Part shown: in pieces, positions 24,919 to 37,591 of the stretch | Layout of the letters: each line of letters opens with the position of its first letter | Position numbering within the stretch: position 1 is the first letter of the stretch | Assembly (NCBI RefSeq): GCF_004010195.1 | Contig: NC_057711.1 | Location: 76,153,817 to 76,217,816, forward strand | DNA: 64,000 nt | DNA from: Chiloscyllium plagiosum | Lineage: Eukaryota | Direction: 5' to 3' | Notes under the pieces: generated by a model | What the model saw: the letters and a program-made list of their open reading frames with translations, nothing else | What the model was told of the DNA's origin: nothing | Database searches by the model: none | Made by a program: the position numbers and the translations under genes

Positions 24919-25899
24919 ATGAAGAAAGTGTGGACAAGTCAGACCTTGGAATTTAGAAGAATGAGAGCTGATCTTAATGAAACGTATATGCTCTGAGGGG
25001 ACTTGACAGGTTGGATGCTGAAAGGATATTTCCACTTATGGGAAAGACTGGAGGAATACAATTTACAAATAAGGGGCCACAAATAAGATGGGGATGATGA
25101 GAATTTGTTTTCTCACAGCATCGTGAGTTTTTTGAACTCTCTTTCCCAAAGAACATGGAAGCAGTGTCATTGATTACTTTTAAGCCTGAGCGAGATAGAG
25201 AGATAGATCATAGAGTCAGGGAGATGTAGAGCACAGAAACAATCAGATCAGGTACAATCTTATCAAATAGTACAGCAAGCTCAAGGGGCTGAATGGCCAA
25301 ATTTTGCTCCTAGTTTGTCTGTTTGTGGATTCATATGTTCATATCTCTGTTGTGTTTTCACAGGAAAAATGCACATTTTAAGTTTTAAAATTCATTCATG
25401 GAATGTGAGCCTCACCTGGCAAGTCCAACAATTGTTGCCCAAGGTGACTTTGAAATGATTCTGATGAGCTCCCTTCTGGAACAACTATAAACCATCTGTA
25501 ACTTCACTCACCATGAGAGTGGAAATGGTGTTTGTGTGTGAGAGAAGGAGACTATGAGACTCAGAGTGAACTGAACACTCACATTCCCTTGCCCTATCCC
25601 TCCTCGCTCACGTTTCATCTCCAAAAACCTATCCATAAAGCAGGCTGGGAGAGGAGGAAAACCCAGACTGAAAGACCGCCTGTATCCATCTCACTGCTAT
25701 ATGAATTCTGCTGAGATTCTGCTAATTGAATTGTGTCGTCCCATCCAGTCTAAACAGGCCCCAAACACAACCCTGCACACGTCAATGAAATCTCCCCTCA
25801 GCCTCCTCTGTTCCAAGGACAACAACACCAGCTTTTCGAATCATTCGTCATTTTTCCAGTCCTGGCAATATTGTCATAAATCTCTTGTGTACCCTTTCT

Positions 25900-28800
25900 T
25901 TACTTTTAATATATTTTTATTGAAAAATATATTTTTTAATATTACAACAAACATAAAACAATACAATTCAAAACAATACAAGGAAAGAACACCAAAAAAT
26001 AACTAAAAACCCAAACAGCCCTCCTGTACAAATGTATAAAAATGCATATAAAAAAACCCAACTACTTAACTAAATAAATTATAACTAACAACATATCAAT
26101 AAATAATAATAATACAGCTCAGCCAAACAAAACACTAACTCACGAATATCGAGCACATTAATTTTCCCCTATTCATATGCTTACAGATCCCTCCCTCTGG
26201 ACATTGGACTTGTAAAACACAATCGTTACAGCTATATAAAAGCTCTTATTAGTGTGGCAGATAAATCTGTGTCTAGGTATTCTCAAAAGGGCTGCCATAT
26301 CCTTAGAAATTCTCAGTTTTGTGTTGTACTATACTTGTGAGAAAATCCAAGGGGATATTCTCCATAGTGAGTGGAAACCATGTCTCACGAGCTTGATTGA
26401 GTGTTTGAAAAAGTAACAAAGAGGATTGATGAGGGCAGAGTGGTGGACATGATCTATACGGACTTTGGTAAGGCGTTCAACAAGGTTTCCCCATGGGAGA
26501 CTGGTTAGCAAGTTTGGATCTCATGGAATACAGAGAGAACTAGCCATGTGGATACAGAACTGGCTCAAAGGGAGAAGACAGAGGATGGTGGTGGATTGAA
26601 GAAATAACAAAGAGGATTGATGAGGGCAGAGTGGTGGACATGATCTATACGGACTTTGGTAAGGTGTTCAACAAGGTTTCCCCATGGGAGACTGGTTAGC
26701 GAGTTTGGATCTCATGGAATACAGTGAGAACTAGCCACCTGGATACAGAACTGGCTCAAAGGTAGAAGACAGAGGATGGTGGTGGAATATTGCTTTTCAG
26801 ACTGGAGGCCTGTGACCAGTGGAGTGCCACAAGGATCGGTGCTAGGTCCACTATTTTTCATCATTTATATAAATGATTTGGATATGAACATTGGAAGTAT
26901 AGTTAGTATGTTTGCAGATGACATCACAATTGGAAGGGTAGTGGACAGCGAAGACGTTTACCTCAGCTTACAACAGGATCTTGATCAGATGGCCCAATGG
27001 GCTGAGGAGTGGTAGATGCAGCTCAATTTAGATAAATGCGAGATGCTGCATTTTAGGAAAGCAAATCTTAGCAGGACTTACACACTTAATGGTAAGGTCC
27101 TAGGGAGTGTTGCTGAACAAAGAGACCTTTGAGTGCAGGTTCTTAGCTCCTTGAAAGTAGAGTTGCAGGGAGATAGGATAGTGAAGAAGGCACTTGGTAT
27201 GCTTTCTTTTATTGGTCAGAGTATTGAGTACAGAGGTTGGGAAGTCGTGTTGCGGCTGTACAGGACATTGGTTCGGCCACTTTTGGAATATTGTGTGCAA
27301 TTCTGGTCTCCTTTCTATTGGAACGATGTTGTGAAACTTGAAAGGGTTCAGAAAAGATTTCCAAGGATGTTGCCAGGGTTGGAGGATTTGAGCTGTAGGG
27401 AGAGGCTGAGTAGGCTGGGGTTGTTTTCTCTGGAACATCGGAGTCTGAGGAGTGACCTTATAGAGATTTATAAAATCATGAGGGGCATGGATAGCTAAAT
27501 AGACAAAGTCTTTTCCCTGGAGTGGGGGAGTCCAGACCTAGAGGGTATAGGTTTAGGGTGAGAGGGTAAAGATATAAAAGAGACCTAAGGGGCAACTTTT
27601 TCACGCAGAGTGTGGTGCATGTATGGAATGAGCTGCCAGAGGAAGTGGTGGAGACTGGTACAATTACAACATTTAAAAGGGATCTGGGCATGTATATAAA
27701 TAGGAAGGGTTAGAAGAATATGGGCGGGTGCTGGCAAGTGGGCCTAGATTAGGTTGGGATGTCTGGTTGGCATGGATGAGTTGGACTAAAGCATCTATTT
27801 CCATGCTGTACATCTCTATGACTTTATGAACAATCTTCCGCCAACCCAACAGGCCTGGGGGATTGTCAGGTATCCAACCTAACAAGATATTATTTCATTC
27901 GCAAAAAGTCTGGATGTTGAAATGTTGAAAAGCAGGACAAGAAGAAGAGAGGTCGAGTCCTTCTCCACCTTTACACTCAAAATCCCCTCCATTTTACAGA
28001 GCTCCAGTATGTTTGAAGCCTACCACAGGACCAGAGACAATGGTTAAGAGTGACCATACTAACTTTACGCTTGGGACATGTTGAAGATACCCTAGTTTAA
28101 ATTTTGACAAACGATTCGGAGCCAAGTGGACCCCTATAGAGAATCTTCAACTGTAAAACATGGGTCCTGTTGCAAATTGATATCTTCCTTGCTTTCTCCC
28201 AAATATCTTTCCATGCCACTGAGGAGACCTCAATGCCTAGCTCTCTCTCCCCCACACCCTGCAAAGTCAACCAAACTCATCTGGTGGGCCGACTCCCCCC
28301 CAATTGATAAGATGAAGTGTTGACCAAAAGTGTACTCTTAGCACTGAGCACCCTCCTCTCTGAGCTGATGCATGGTATCAGGTGAGGCACCAAAACTGCT
28401 GATTTGTCAGAGAAATGAGGACATTGTATGCGTACAACGAAATCTAATGTAACTTTGACCCCACTTCTGGAGCCGATATATTAGGTTCCCTCTGAATGGC
28501 ATACGCCAACAGTTCAATCACTATTGTAAAAAGCAATGGCGAGAAGGGACAGCCCTGCCAGCTGCCCCTAAAAATGTTAAAATTGCTTGATCATACCCCA
28601 CTGGTGATGACTGCAGCAAGAGGGTCACTTAGAAAAGCTTTACCCATCTTATAAAGGCTTCGACCAAGCCATACCACTCCAGAGTATAAAAAAGATACGG
28701 CCACTCAACTCAGTCAAATGCCTTTTCTGCATCTAGAGAAATCACTAATCCCTGTACTGACTGCTGTTGACACACTTGAATTGCATTAAGCAGCCTCCTA

Positions 28801-31800
28801 ACATTATAGGAGGATCTACAGCCATTTATGAAGCCCATCTGATCCTCTGTAACAATTGAAGGTAACACAATCTCCAGCCTTAATGCAAGAATCTTAGAAG
28901 GATTTTAAAGTCCACATTTAAGAAGAAAATGGGCCTATACGAAGCACAGTCCTCCAGGACCTTCCCTTTTTTAAGAATAAACAAAATACTGGCCTCTCTC
29001 AGAGATGGCGGGAGACAAACATGACTGTATGGGTCATTGAACAATTGAGCCTTAGGCCTGACAATATATTTAAAAATTCCTCATAGAATTCGCTGGGAAG
29101 TCCCTCAGAACCAGGTGCCTTTCCACTCAGAAGCTGCTTCACAGCCTTCTGCACCTCTTGCTCTGATGAGAAAAGACACTTGTTTGGGAGTCACACCCGG
29201 GAGCTCCTGATCCATGAGAAAGGACTCCATTTTGGCCCACTCCTCCTCAAAACCCTCAGATTGGTAGAATTCAGAGTAAGATCTCTGGAATGCCACTTTA
29301 GTCTTTTTGGAGTCACATGTTAGGTTCCCAGACCCTTCCCTAATCACCGTAATGGCTTCAGGGGCACTCCTCTCGCTGGTGAGATGTGCTGGATACTTGC
29401 CCAGCTTGTCACCATGTTCATATAACCTTTGCTTCGCAAAATTAAGCTTCTTCTTTATTGTCTGTGTGAGCATGGAATTCAATGCAGACCACAGTGCTGT
29501 AATCCTCTGTAGCTTGGCCAACGAGGGCCTGTCAAAGTAAACCTTCTTGGCTGCCTTCAACCATGCTTCGAGGAGACATTGCTGCTCTCCCTTCTGCCAC
29601 TTCTTACTGGCAGAGTAGGAAATAACTAACCCCCTAGCATAGGCTTTGGCAGTTTCCCAAAGGACAGATGGGCTACTAACCGAGCCTGAGTTATTGTCCA
29701 GGAACACACTAAATTCCTTAGCGAAGTACTCCACAAACTTATTATCCTGAAAGATAAAGGGATCCACTTGCTAGTGCCTCAGGCCCACTATAGCAGCCTT
29801 AACCTTAACCAACAGGTACACTGGAGCGTAATCGGAGATGGTAATGTTACCAACTGTACAAGATGCTACCAAGTCCAGGGTTACCACGGGGGTCATAAAA
29901 AAAATTCAATCCTGACGTGACATCTGTATGGATTGGAAAAAAATGTCAAATCCCTGCCTATAGGGTGGATTCGCCTCCAGATGTCCACCAACCCGAACTC
30001 CACACACAGATCCAATAGTTGTTTAGTTGTACAGATGGTACTGGGGGCCTTTGGGCAACCTACCATGGAATCCATAGGAAAACTAAAATCTCCTCCTATA
30101 AATGATATGTCAGGACTCAAGACTGATCAATTCAGAGAACGCATCTACCAAAATCTGAGGGGATGGGCCGGAGGGCAACAGACATTTAAAATATCATATT
30201 CTTTCCTGTTTATCAGGGCTTTGAGGATTACAAATTTCCTGTGTGTGTGTCTTTAACATGCTCTAGTAACTTAAATGGGAGATTCCTCCTAACCAATATA
30301 ACACTCCCCTACTTTTGGTATTAAAAGATTAAAAGTAAACCCGATCAAAGCCATTGTACTGTAGTTTCAAATTCTCACTATTATCCAAGTGTGTCTCCTG
30401 TAATAAAGCAATATCCACTTTTTCCTTTCTAAGACTCGAAAGTACATTTTTCCTCTTAATTGGTGAGTGACTCCCCTTGATGTTCCAGGTACACCATTTA
30501 ATCAAGTCATTAGCCATAACCTTCTGCAGTAACATTTAGAGTCCAGAGAGGAGAAACTCGAATTACAAATCACTAAGCTTTAGTGTCACAAGATCCATCG
30601 AACATAAAAACTAAATAAACTAAACCTACGAGAGTTAACAAAGTTATCAAAGATTATATCCAACATAAAAACCCAAAAACAAACCAAACATAAAAAGCAC
30701 TAGTAGTGCTGAATAGGGTTACTCCACCTCCCCCTGCCCAACCTTCTATCCCACTGCCAATACTGCAGCAGGGCATTTAAATATCTGAACAAGGCATAAA
30801 CCTGCCCGTAAGCAGGCAAGTAGCCATCCCAACTATTTTCTCTCCTCCTGACTGGAGCCACACTGCAAACACAAGCAGAAACGTAAGAAAATATACCATG
30901 AAATGACAATGTGAACAAAGACATTCTTTGGTATAACTTAGAAATTGAAACTACACATCTCAACCGCACCCGCACATAGTTTACCAATAAAAAAAAAGAA
31001 AGCCGCAACTGGACTTATTTTTTTAAAGAAAAATAGAGACATATTCAAACAACACTACATTTGTACTTACTAAATTGTTCAGATTAAGTTAATTTGTCCA
31101 CAAAAATCTCTCGCCTTCTCTGGCATGTCAAAGAAATGTACAGATCCATCTAAGGTGACTGAAGTACCGCTGGATACCTCAGAGTACTGAATCCTGAGCT
31201 CCCTCAGTCTTCTCTTGATGCCATCATAGGATTTTCCTTTCCAGATCACCGGAAGCCCTGGAAAAACATGATCTTAGAGCCCTCGTAAACTAGGGCCTTC
31301 AGATCCTTCTCCTGGATTCTGGAAGATTCCATGATTCTCTCCTTATCTCTATAGTGTTGAAGCCACACCAAGATCGGATGAGGATGTCGGTCCAGACCTG
31401 ACCTCTGTGCCGTGACCCAGTGAGTCCTCTTAATCTTCAAGCCTCGCATTCCAGCCTCCAAGATAAGGAATTTCAGCAACCAGTCCTCAATAAATTCCAC
31501 CGGCTGCTCACCTTCCTTACCCTCTGGCAGACCGACAATCTGAATATTTATTCTCTTGTCCCTGTTCTCGAGGTCATCAACCTGGTCAAGCAAATTACAG
31601 ACCTGCGTATCCAGGGCTTGGACCCTATCCTTGGAGGAACAGGTATCAGCTTCCACGACTGTGACTCTGTGTGTTACCTCATCTGTCCTTTTCTCCAGGT
31701 CTCCCAGCTGCTGTTCATGCTTCTGCAGCATGATAGAGATCAGGGCCAGCTTCTCCACTATCTGCTTACCTAACATTTTGCAAGATTTCGCAAGATCCTT

Positions 31801-32035
31801 CACCAGGACCTGGTAGGAAAATCGAGTCTGAGGATCCTGCAGGCTGGGCCCTGGATGTACCTTCCTCCCTTCTTCGGCAGTCCTGGACAGCAAATACTAA
31901 GGTAGGTTGCTCTCTGACCGTTTCCTGCAACTCCATGACCTTTCCCGATTCTCAGGATATTGTGGTGATCTGGGTAGGGCGAGTGGTGCAGAGCTCTGCA
32001 ACACGATCTTCCGAGATCACTGCCATCTTGGATCC
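25900..32035 (-). mobile_element. End-to-end L1 LINE (5'UTR, ORF1, ORF2, A-rich tail), decayed and internally deleted
   Basis: 16-bp TSD cttgtgtaccctttct at 25884-25899 and 32036-32051; ORF1 31246-31893 (DLENR..RINIQIVGLPEGKEG); ORF2 endonuclease TWNIKG...IALLQETHL (30329-30535); RT motifs LDAEKAF and GCPFSPLLF; C-terminal IWQPF. Confidence 0.92.
26372..27828 (+). mobile_element. 5'-truncated CR1 inserted into the L1, with an internal 191-bp tandem duplication
   Basis: ORFs 26776-27015 and 27133-27498 carry CR1 RT and C-terminal motifs; 26405-26595 is repeated at 26596-26786. Confidence 0.92.
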
Positions 32036-32774
32036 CTTGTGTACCCTTTCTAATACATTAAGACTAAAGCTGTTTTGAAGGTAATCAGAACTGCACACAA
32101 TACTCAAATTGTAACCTAACTAGTGCTTTGTACAACTGTCACATAACTGCCTTGATCTAATATTTTATGTCTCGGGTAATAAAGGAAAGTATTTCATTTG
32201 CCTTCTTTATCGATCCTTCCTGCTATCTTCAGGGATCTATTGACATTTATTGCAAAGTGCCTCAGTTGTTCTTTACTTCCCAGTATTCTCCCATTTATTG
32301 CATAATGTTTTGCCTTGTTTTCCCTCCTCTAAAGCATCACCTCTCACTTCATTGATAAGAAGCCTATTTGTCATTTGTCTGCCCACCTGAACCTCTTCCT
32401 GCAGTCTACAGCTTTCTTTCTCACTATCAACAATGCAGCCAATTTTTGTCTTGATTATACCCCTACATTGTGAGCTAAATCTTACCTGAAACCAGCAAAG
32501 TGTCAGTTTCTTCAACTTTCATGGAGGGAATCTCTCCATAAGGCCTCATGAGTTTTCTCATGCAATCCTCCCAAACTCACCTCATTAGATATGTACCTCT
32601 TATGGTACCTCTTATGTTCTGACCCTAGCCCAATTTTACCACTTGGCAGAGCTGCAAGTGCCAGGATGCCCCAGATCCCTGGAACCTGCACCATATTTAA
32701 AAGGCTGTTGCACACCCGGTCAAATGCTGACACTCCAGAGCTGCCCTGCACATTTGGAGATATTTCCTCTGGAC

Positions 32775-32985
32775 ATGGCAGATGATAGGAAATTGGCACC
32801 CTGCTTTGTGGGCAGGAGCCTCAATGTCCTGGTGGATAGTGTGGCGCAAAGGAGGAACATCCCCTTCCCCTAGAAGACCGTGACATTGAATCCTTCCAAC
32901 CTAGTCTTGGTTAGTGCAGTCTCCACAGTCCAGAAGAGCGGCCACCAGTGTAAGCTGAAGGTGATTGACATCCTCCTGCCTTACA
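32775..32985 (+). pseudogene. Harbinger-associated Myb/SANT-like DNA-binding protein remnant
   Basis: MADDRKLAPCFVGRSLNVLVDSVAQRRNIPFP then LVSAVSTVQKSGHQCKLKVIDIL, resembling Myb/SANT-like (APRF...LEVLV..V..RR.VLFP...VSA.S...R...QCRKK.NDL); broken frame. Confidence 0.65.
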
Positions 32986-33582
32986 TTCATTCAGTCATTG
33001 CTACTGCGCCCACCTCCCACCAAGTCTCATACTCTACCACTCTCACCATTGCCTGCAACACCTTCTATCACCGACTCATACTGTCCTGAAACCCCTCACA
33101 CTTCTAACTGTGCTGCCTACTCTCTCACTTGTGTTGCCTCACCACTTTTCCCTGCACCAGCACTAACGGCAGTGCCACTAACACTCAATCTTTTCCATTC
33201 TCTCATTCCAGGAGAAAATGATCCATAATAGGTTCTAAAGAGCAAAGACAGGTGTTGGGATGTTGGTTATTCATGTCCTCACCACCTTTGAGGAGGGAAT
33301 CTTGGCACTGGCAGCTAGAGAGTGGGATCATTACTGTGAAGATGCAGAAACCTCCATATCTAGCAACTGAGTAAGAAGCATTATTCTTTGTTATGCTCCT
33401 CACTTTTTAACATCATTGTCAATTGTAAACCTTCCATAACTTCTGCCTTTTGGTATTCTCTTTTGTAGGTATAAGCAGGACGTCCATGGTCTTCATGGTC
33501 AAGAGGGTGGCCTCACAAGATATCCCCTCTGCCAAACTCGAGAAAGACAGCATGCATGCCTGAGAGGAAGCTTCGGTTAGAG

Positions 33583-33845
33583 GCAAAAAAAAAACCTGCA
33601 AATGCTGGACTCCAAAATAGGCAGACAGGAGGCCGGAAGAACACAGCAGGCCAGGCCGTGTCAGGAGGTGGAGAAGACAATTTTTTGGGCGTAACCCTCC
33701 TTCAGGACACTTCGTCAGTAAGGCTGCCTCCTGTAATTCCCACCAGCTCAGATAATCACACCATAAGCCCGAAACGTCGATTCTCCTGTTCCCTGGATGC
33801 TGCCTGACCTGCTGCGCTTTTCCAGCAACACATTTTCAGCTCTAA
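33583..33845. mobile_element. Penelope terminus remnants from two subfamilies
   Basis: ctgcaaatgctgga head; ...gcccgaaacgtcgattctcctgttccctggatgctgcctgacctgctgcgcttttccagcaacacattttcagctc is the reverse complement of 63150-63230. Confidence 0.75.
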
Positions 33846-35062
33846 ACCTCTAAGGCCTCAGGGTCCACAGTCTTCTTCACACTGTGCAGAACCCGGCTGC
33901 ATTGAGACATAGTGAGAGAGAAAGGAAGAAGAAAAGCTTTAGAGGAGGGATAGATGGCACATCAATGTAATTACGATTTCACATTTGTAAATGCATACTC
34001 ACTTTTCACTATCAGCTATCTATGCAAGTCTCTGTCTAGCTGCAAATGCAACATTGAAGGTATAGAACCCACCTTTCTTTAACACGACACAATGTTCCAT
34101 ATTTTAAGTTAGACTGAGTGACTTATTGTTTGGTCGATATCTTGCTGCATTTTTAAACAGATATACAACATCAGCAGGCTTCCCATCCTCTAGCACCATA
34201 TTTGTGTGCTGTGTGAAAATGAGAAAATAACCTATTTGTTCTTTTTATCATGCTTACTCGAATGGCAATGAAAATTGGACAGAGTGTAAAACATGCTGCT
34301 AATTCATTTTACATTACTGCTCAAAATGAGTTTGACCCCTGAATTTAATTTCAGATTTGTGCTTGTTTCTAGACTGGCAGATATTCTCCCACATACTACG
34401 CAGCCTATTGTTTACACTGGTTTACATTCTTCTTCAGTTTTCTGTCTAATGTGGAATTGGGGCAGAGAGCAGAAGTCAGGCAATTGTACATCCAGTACCA
34501 GTGAAACAGGCTGTGGAATTTAACGTCCTTGAATAAGGAACACATTTAAGAGTTTTTTGTTGTTGGTTGGCGATTTAACAATATTAACTGTGATGGAGGT
34601 GTCCTTGGCTTGCTATCGACAGTTCTGTAGTGTTATAACCTGCTTTTTGTAACTGACAATGTAAAATCACTGATGAAAGCTATTCTTGTAAAAGATAGAG
34701 TTAGACTTAAAAATAATTTCTAATGGTTTTCTGGGTATAAAAAAAAAGACTGCAAACCAACATGCCTTGAATGATTTCTGGCAACATTTATTATGTACAA
34801 AAATTCACTTTAGATATAATCCATACCAATTAAACTATGATTGCAATGAGTGCAAGTGGATAGTTGCTTCCATGATGTGCTACAGTCTTACTCTCCCAAT
34901 ATTTCAGCTGCATAAAGTGCTTTCATTGTGATACTGAGCATCATAAAGGAAGTTTTTTTTCCTTAGTTTGGGCTGGTGTTATAGAAATCAGGTGCTAAAG
35001 CTACAAGGAAGACTAGTGATAAATGGGAAATCAATCCTATACAGGTTCTTCAAGTGAGTGAT

Positions 35063-35788
35063 ATAGAGTCATAGAGTCATTGAGATGTACAGCATGGAAA
35101 CAGACCCTTCGGTCCAACGCGTCCATGCTGACCAGATATCCCACCCAATCTAGTCCCACCTGCCAGCACTCAGCCCATATCCCTCCAAACCCTTCCTATT
35201 CATATACCCATCCAAATGCCACTTAAATGTTGCAATTGTACCAGCCTCCACCACATCCTCTGGAAACTCATTCCATACATGTACCACCCTCTGCATGAAA
35301 CATTTGCCCCTTAGGTCTCTTTTATATCCTTCCCCTCTCATCCTAAACCTATGCCCTCTAGTTCTGGAGACCAATAAAGGAAAGCATACCAAACGCCTTC
35401 TTCACTATCCTATCTACCTGCGACTCCACTTTCAAGGAGCTATGAACCTGCACTCCAAGGTCTCTTTGTTCAGCAACACTCCCTAGGACCTTACCATTAA
35501 GTGTATAAGTCCTGCTAAGATTTGCTTTCCCAAAATGCAGCACCTCACATTTATCTGAATTAAACTCCATCTGCCACTTCTCAGCCCATTGGCCCATCTG
35601 GTTCAGATCGTGTTGTAATCTGAGGTAACCCTCTTTGCTGTCCACTACACCTCCAATTTTGGTGTCATCTGCAAACTTACTAACTGTACCTCTTATGCTC
35701 GCATCCAAATCATTTATATAAATGACAAAAAGTAGTGGACCCAGCACCGATCTTTGTGGCCTCCACTGGTCACAGGCCTCCAGTCTCC
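35063..35788 (-). mobile_element. CR1 3' fragment with an internal deletion
   Basis: ORF 35358-35804 [15 protein letters not shown]...FADDTKIGG; jumps to the 3' UTR at ~35368. Confidence 0.9.
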
Positions 35789-35989
35789 ATTGAACTTTAC
35801 TCAAAAATTCATGGATAATATAGTGAAAAGAACTGAACTCAGCTATGATGTCAACTATTGATTGATTATCTTTTGTGATATTTTTGTTGGCATTGCATGG
35901 GTGTTAAGGCAGTAAGTGGGATTCACCAGACTTATTCCAACTGACAGAGTGGCGCTGTGCTTGGGCTGTTGGGGAATGCTATCAATAGT

Positions 35990-36615
35990 GACTCAGTTTG
36001 GAAGCATTTGCCTCTGAATCACAGGTTTCAGGTTCAAACCTTACCCCAGGAGCTACGCACAAAAATTGAGCCTGACACTCAAGTGCCGTACTGAAGGAAA
36101 GCTGCACTGGTGAAATGCTAAAAATCACACAACACCAGGTTATAGTCCAACAGGTTTAATTGGAAGCACACTAGCTTTCGGAGCGACGCTCCTTCATCAG
36201 GAGCGTCACTCCGAAAGCTAGTGTGCGTCCAATTAAACCTGTTGGACTATAACCTGATGTTGTGTGATTTTTAACTTTGTACATCCCAGTCCAACACCGG
36301 CATCTCCAAAACTGGTGAAATGCGTTAGGTTTCAAATGGGGCATTAAACTGAGACCTCTACATCTGGTGTTCATGTGGATGTGAAAGATAGCAAAGCATT
36401 GTTTTGAAGAAGAATAGAGGAGCTCTTTCCAGTGTGAAGGATCTACATCACAAAGACAGATTATCTGATCATTAACACAACTTTGGTTTTGGGAGTTTGC
36501 AAACCAGTTGCTACATTATGTTAAATAAGTAACTATATTTAAAAAGTATTACATGCATTGCAAAGTGCTTTGAGATGTTGTTAATGAAAATCCCTATATA
36601 ACTACAAGACACTTT
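35990..36615 (+). mobile_element. SacSINE1-like DeuSINE interrupted by a Penelope palindrome
   Basis: tRNA-like head (ggttcaaac), Deu-domain-like ...ttaaactgagacc...gtggatgtgaaagat...ttttgaagaagaatagaggag; L2-type tail. Confidence 0.65.
36119..36310. mobile_element. Palindromic Penelope-terminus mini-element with a hammerhead core
   Basis: 13-bp TSD actggtgaaatgc at 36106-36118 and 36311-36323; inverted arms; minus-strand cctgatgaaggagcgtcgctccgaaagctagtg at ~36168-36200. Confidence 0.9.
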
Positions 36616-37261
36616 AGAATTTAAGGTCAGAAAAAAAATGTTTAGTGGGGCAAAGGGATTCTAGAGAAAATTTTTGCTTAGCTTAAAGAAAATAAGATAG
36701 AATATTTCTCCTTGCTCAGCTAATGTACAAGTTCAAGTTGACAGTTTTAAGTCTTTGACGGGATGGGTGGGGAGTCAGTCGGGAGTTCAAAAGAAAACTG
36801 CTCATCAGTGGGGAGTTTATCAAACAACTACTTCTGTTTCACAGTCAGGATGGGAGGGTATTGGGGGAGGGGTGAAGAACATTGTTCACCATGTACCCTG
36901 TAGTGGGGTCAAATAATTAGCAGTGTGCAGTGAGCTGCTTGCTAAGTACAATACAGGTATGTAGATTTATTTATGGGACGGCTTTATTTGATTTACCTGT
37001 GGCATCTACGTGGAAGCTGCAGATGACAGTTAATGTTCAATAAATTCACTGTATTATTGTCTCCAATTATCTTTCTCATTAGCATTGACTGTCAGTTCTA
37101 TGGCCATAGAAACATGAACGTTTTGACAGCACATGGTCAGTTTTCCTTTGTTGTAGTTCTACCAGAATACGTTTATATTTCTCTATTGCATGGTTAATAT
37201 GTTGCACTTACCTACTGAGACCAATGCTTTGTTAAGGACTTTTTGGCTCACCAATTGTAGA

Positions 37262-37591
37262 ATCATGGAATAGAATCATAGAATCCCTACAGTGTGGAAG
37301 CAGGCCATTCAGCCCATTGAGTCCACACCAACCTTCTAAAGAGCAGCCCAACCAGACCCACTTCTCTATCCTATTACTATGTATTTCCCATGGCTAATCC
37401 TCCCAGGCTGCACATCCCTGAACATTATGGGCAATTTAGCATGGCCAATCCACTTAACCTGCACATCTTTGGACACTGGGAGGAAACTGGCACGGACACA
37501 GAGAGGAACTGCAAAATCCACACAGAGAGTCGCCCGAGGCTGGAATCCAACCTCGGTATAGCAGTACTAACCACTGAGCTATCATACCGCC
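37262..37591 (-). mobile_element. HE1-type V-SINE
   Basis: Reverse complement of the tRNA head (...cagtggttagtactgc), atggccaatccacttaacctgcacatctttggac core, (attctatg) tail. Confidence 0.85.

Larger units (their letters stand above)
21940..25330 (+). mobile_element. Old CR1 LINE retaining ORF1 (zinc finger + SGNH esterase) and ORF2 pieces
   Basis: CSSCEMWKI...VCSK (ORF1 zinc finger), VIGDCIVKETDRSFC (esterase block), endonuclease motif VVAIIETWL at ~23295, and a 3' UTR; interrupted by a Penelope palindrome and a SINE. Confidence 0.85.

Noticed and set aside
31246..31893. 215-aa ORF as a domesticated L1TD1-like gene
   Set aside because: It lies within a TSD-bounded decayed L1 and is frameshifted at both ends.
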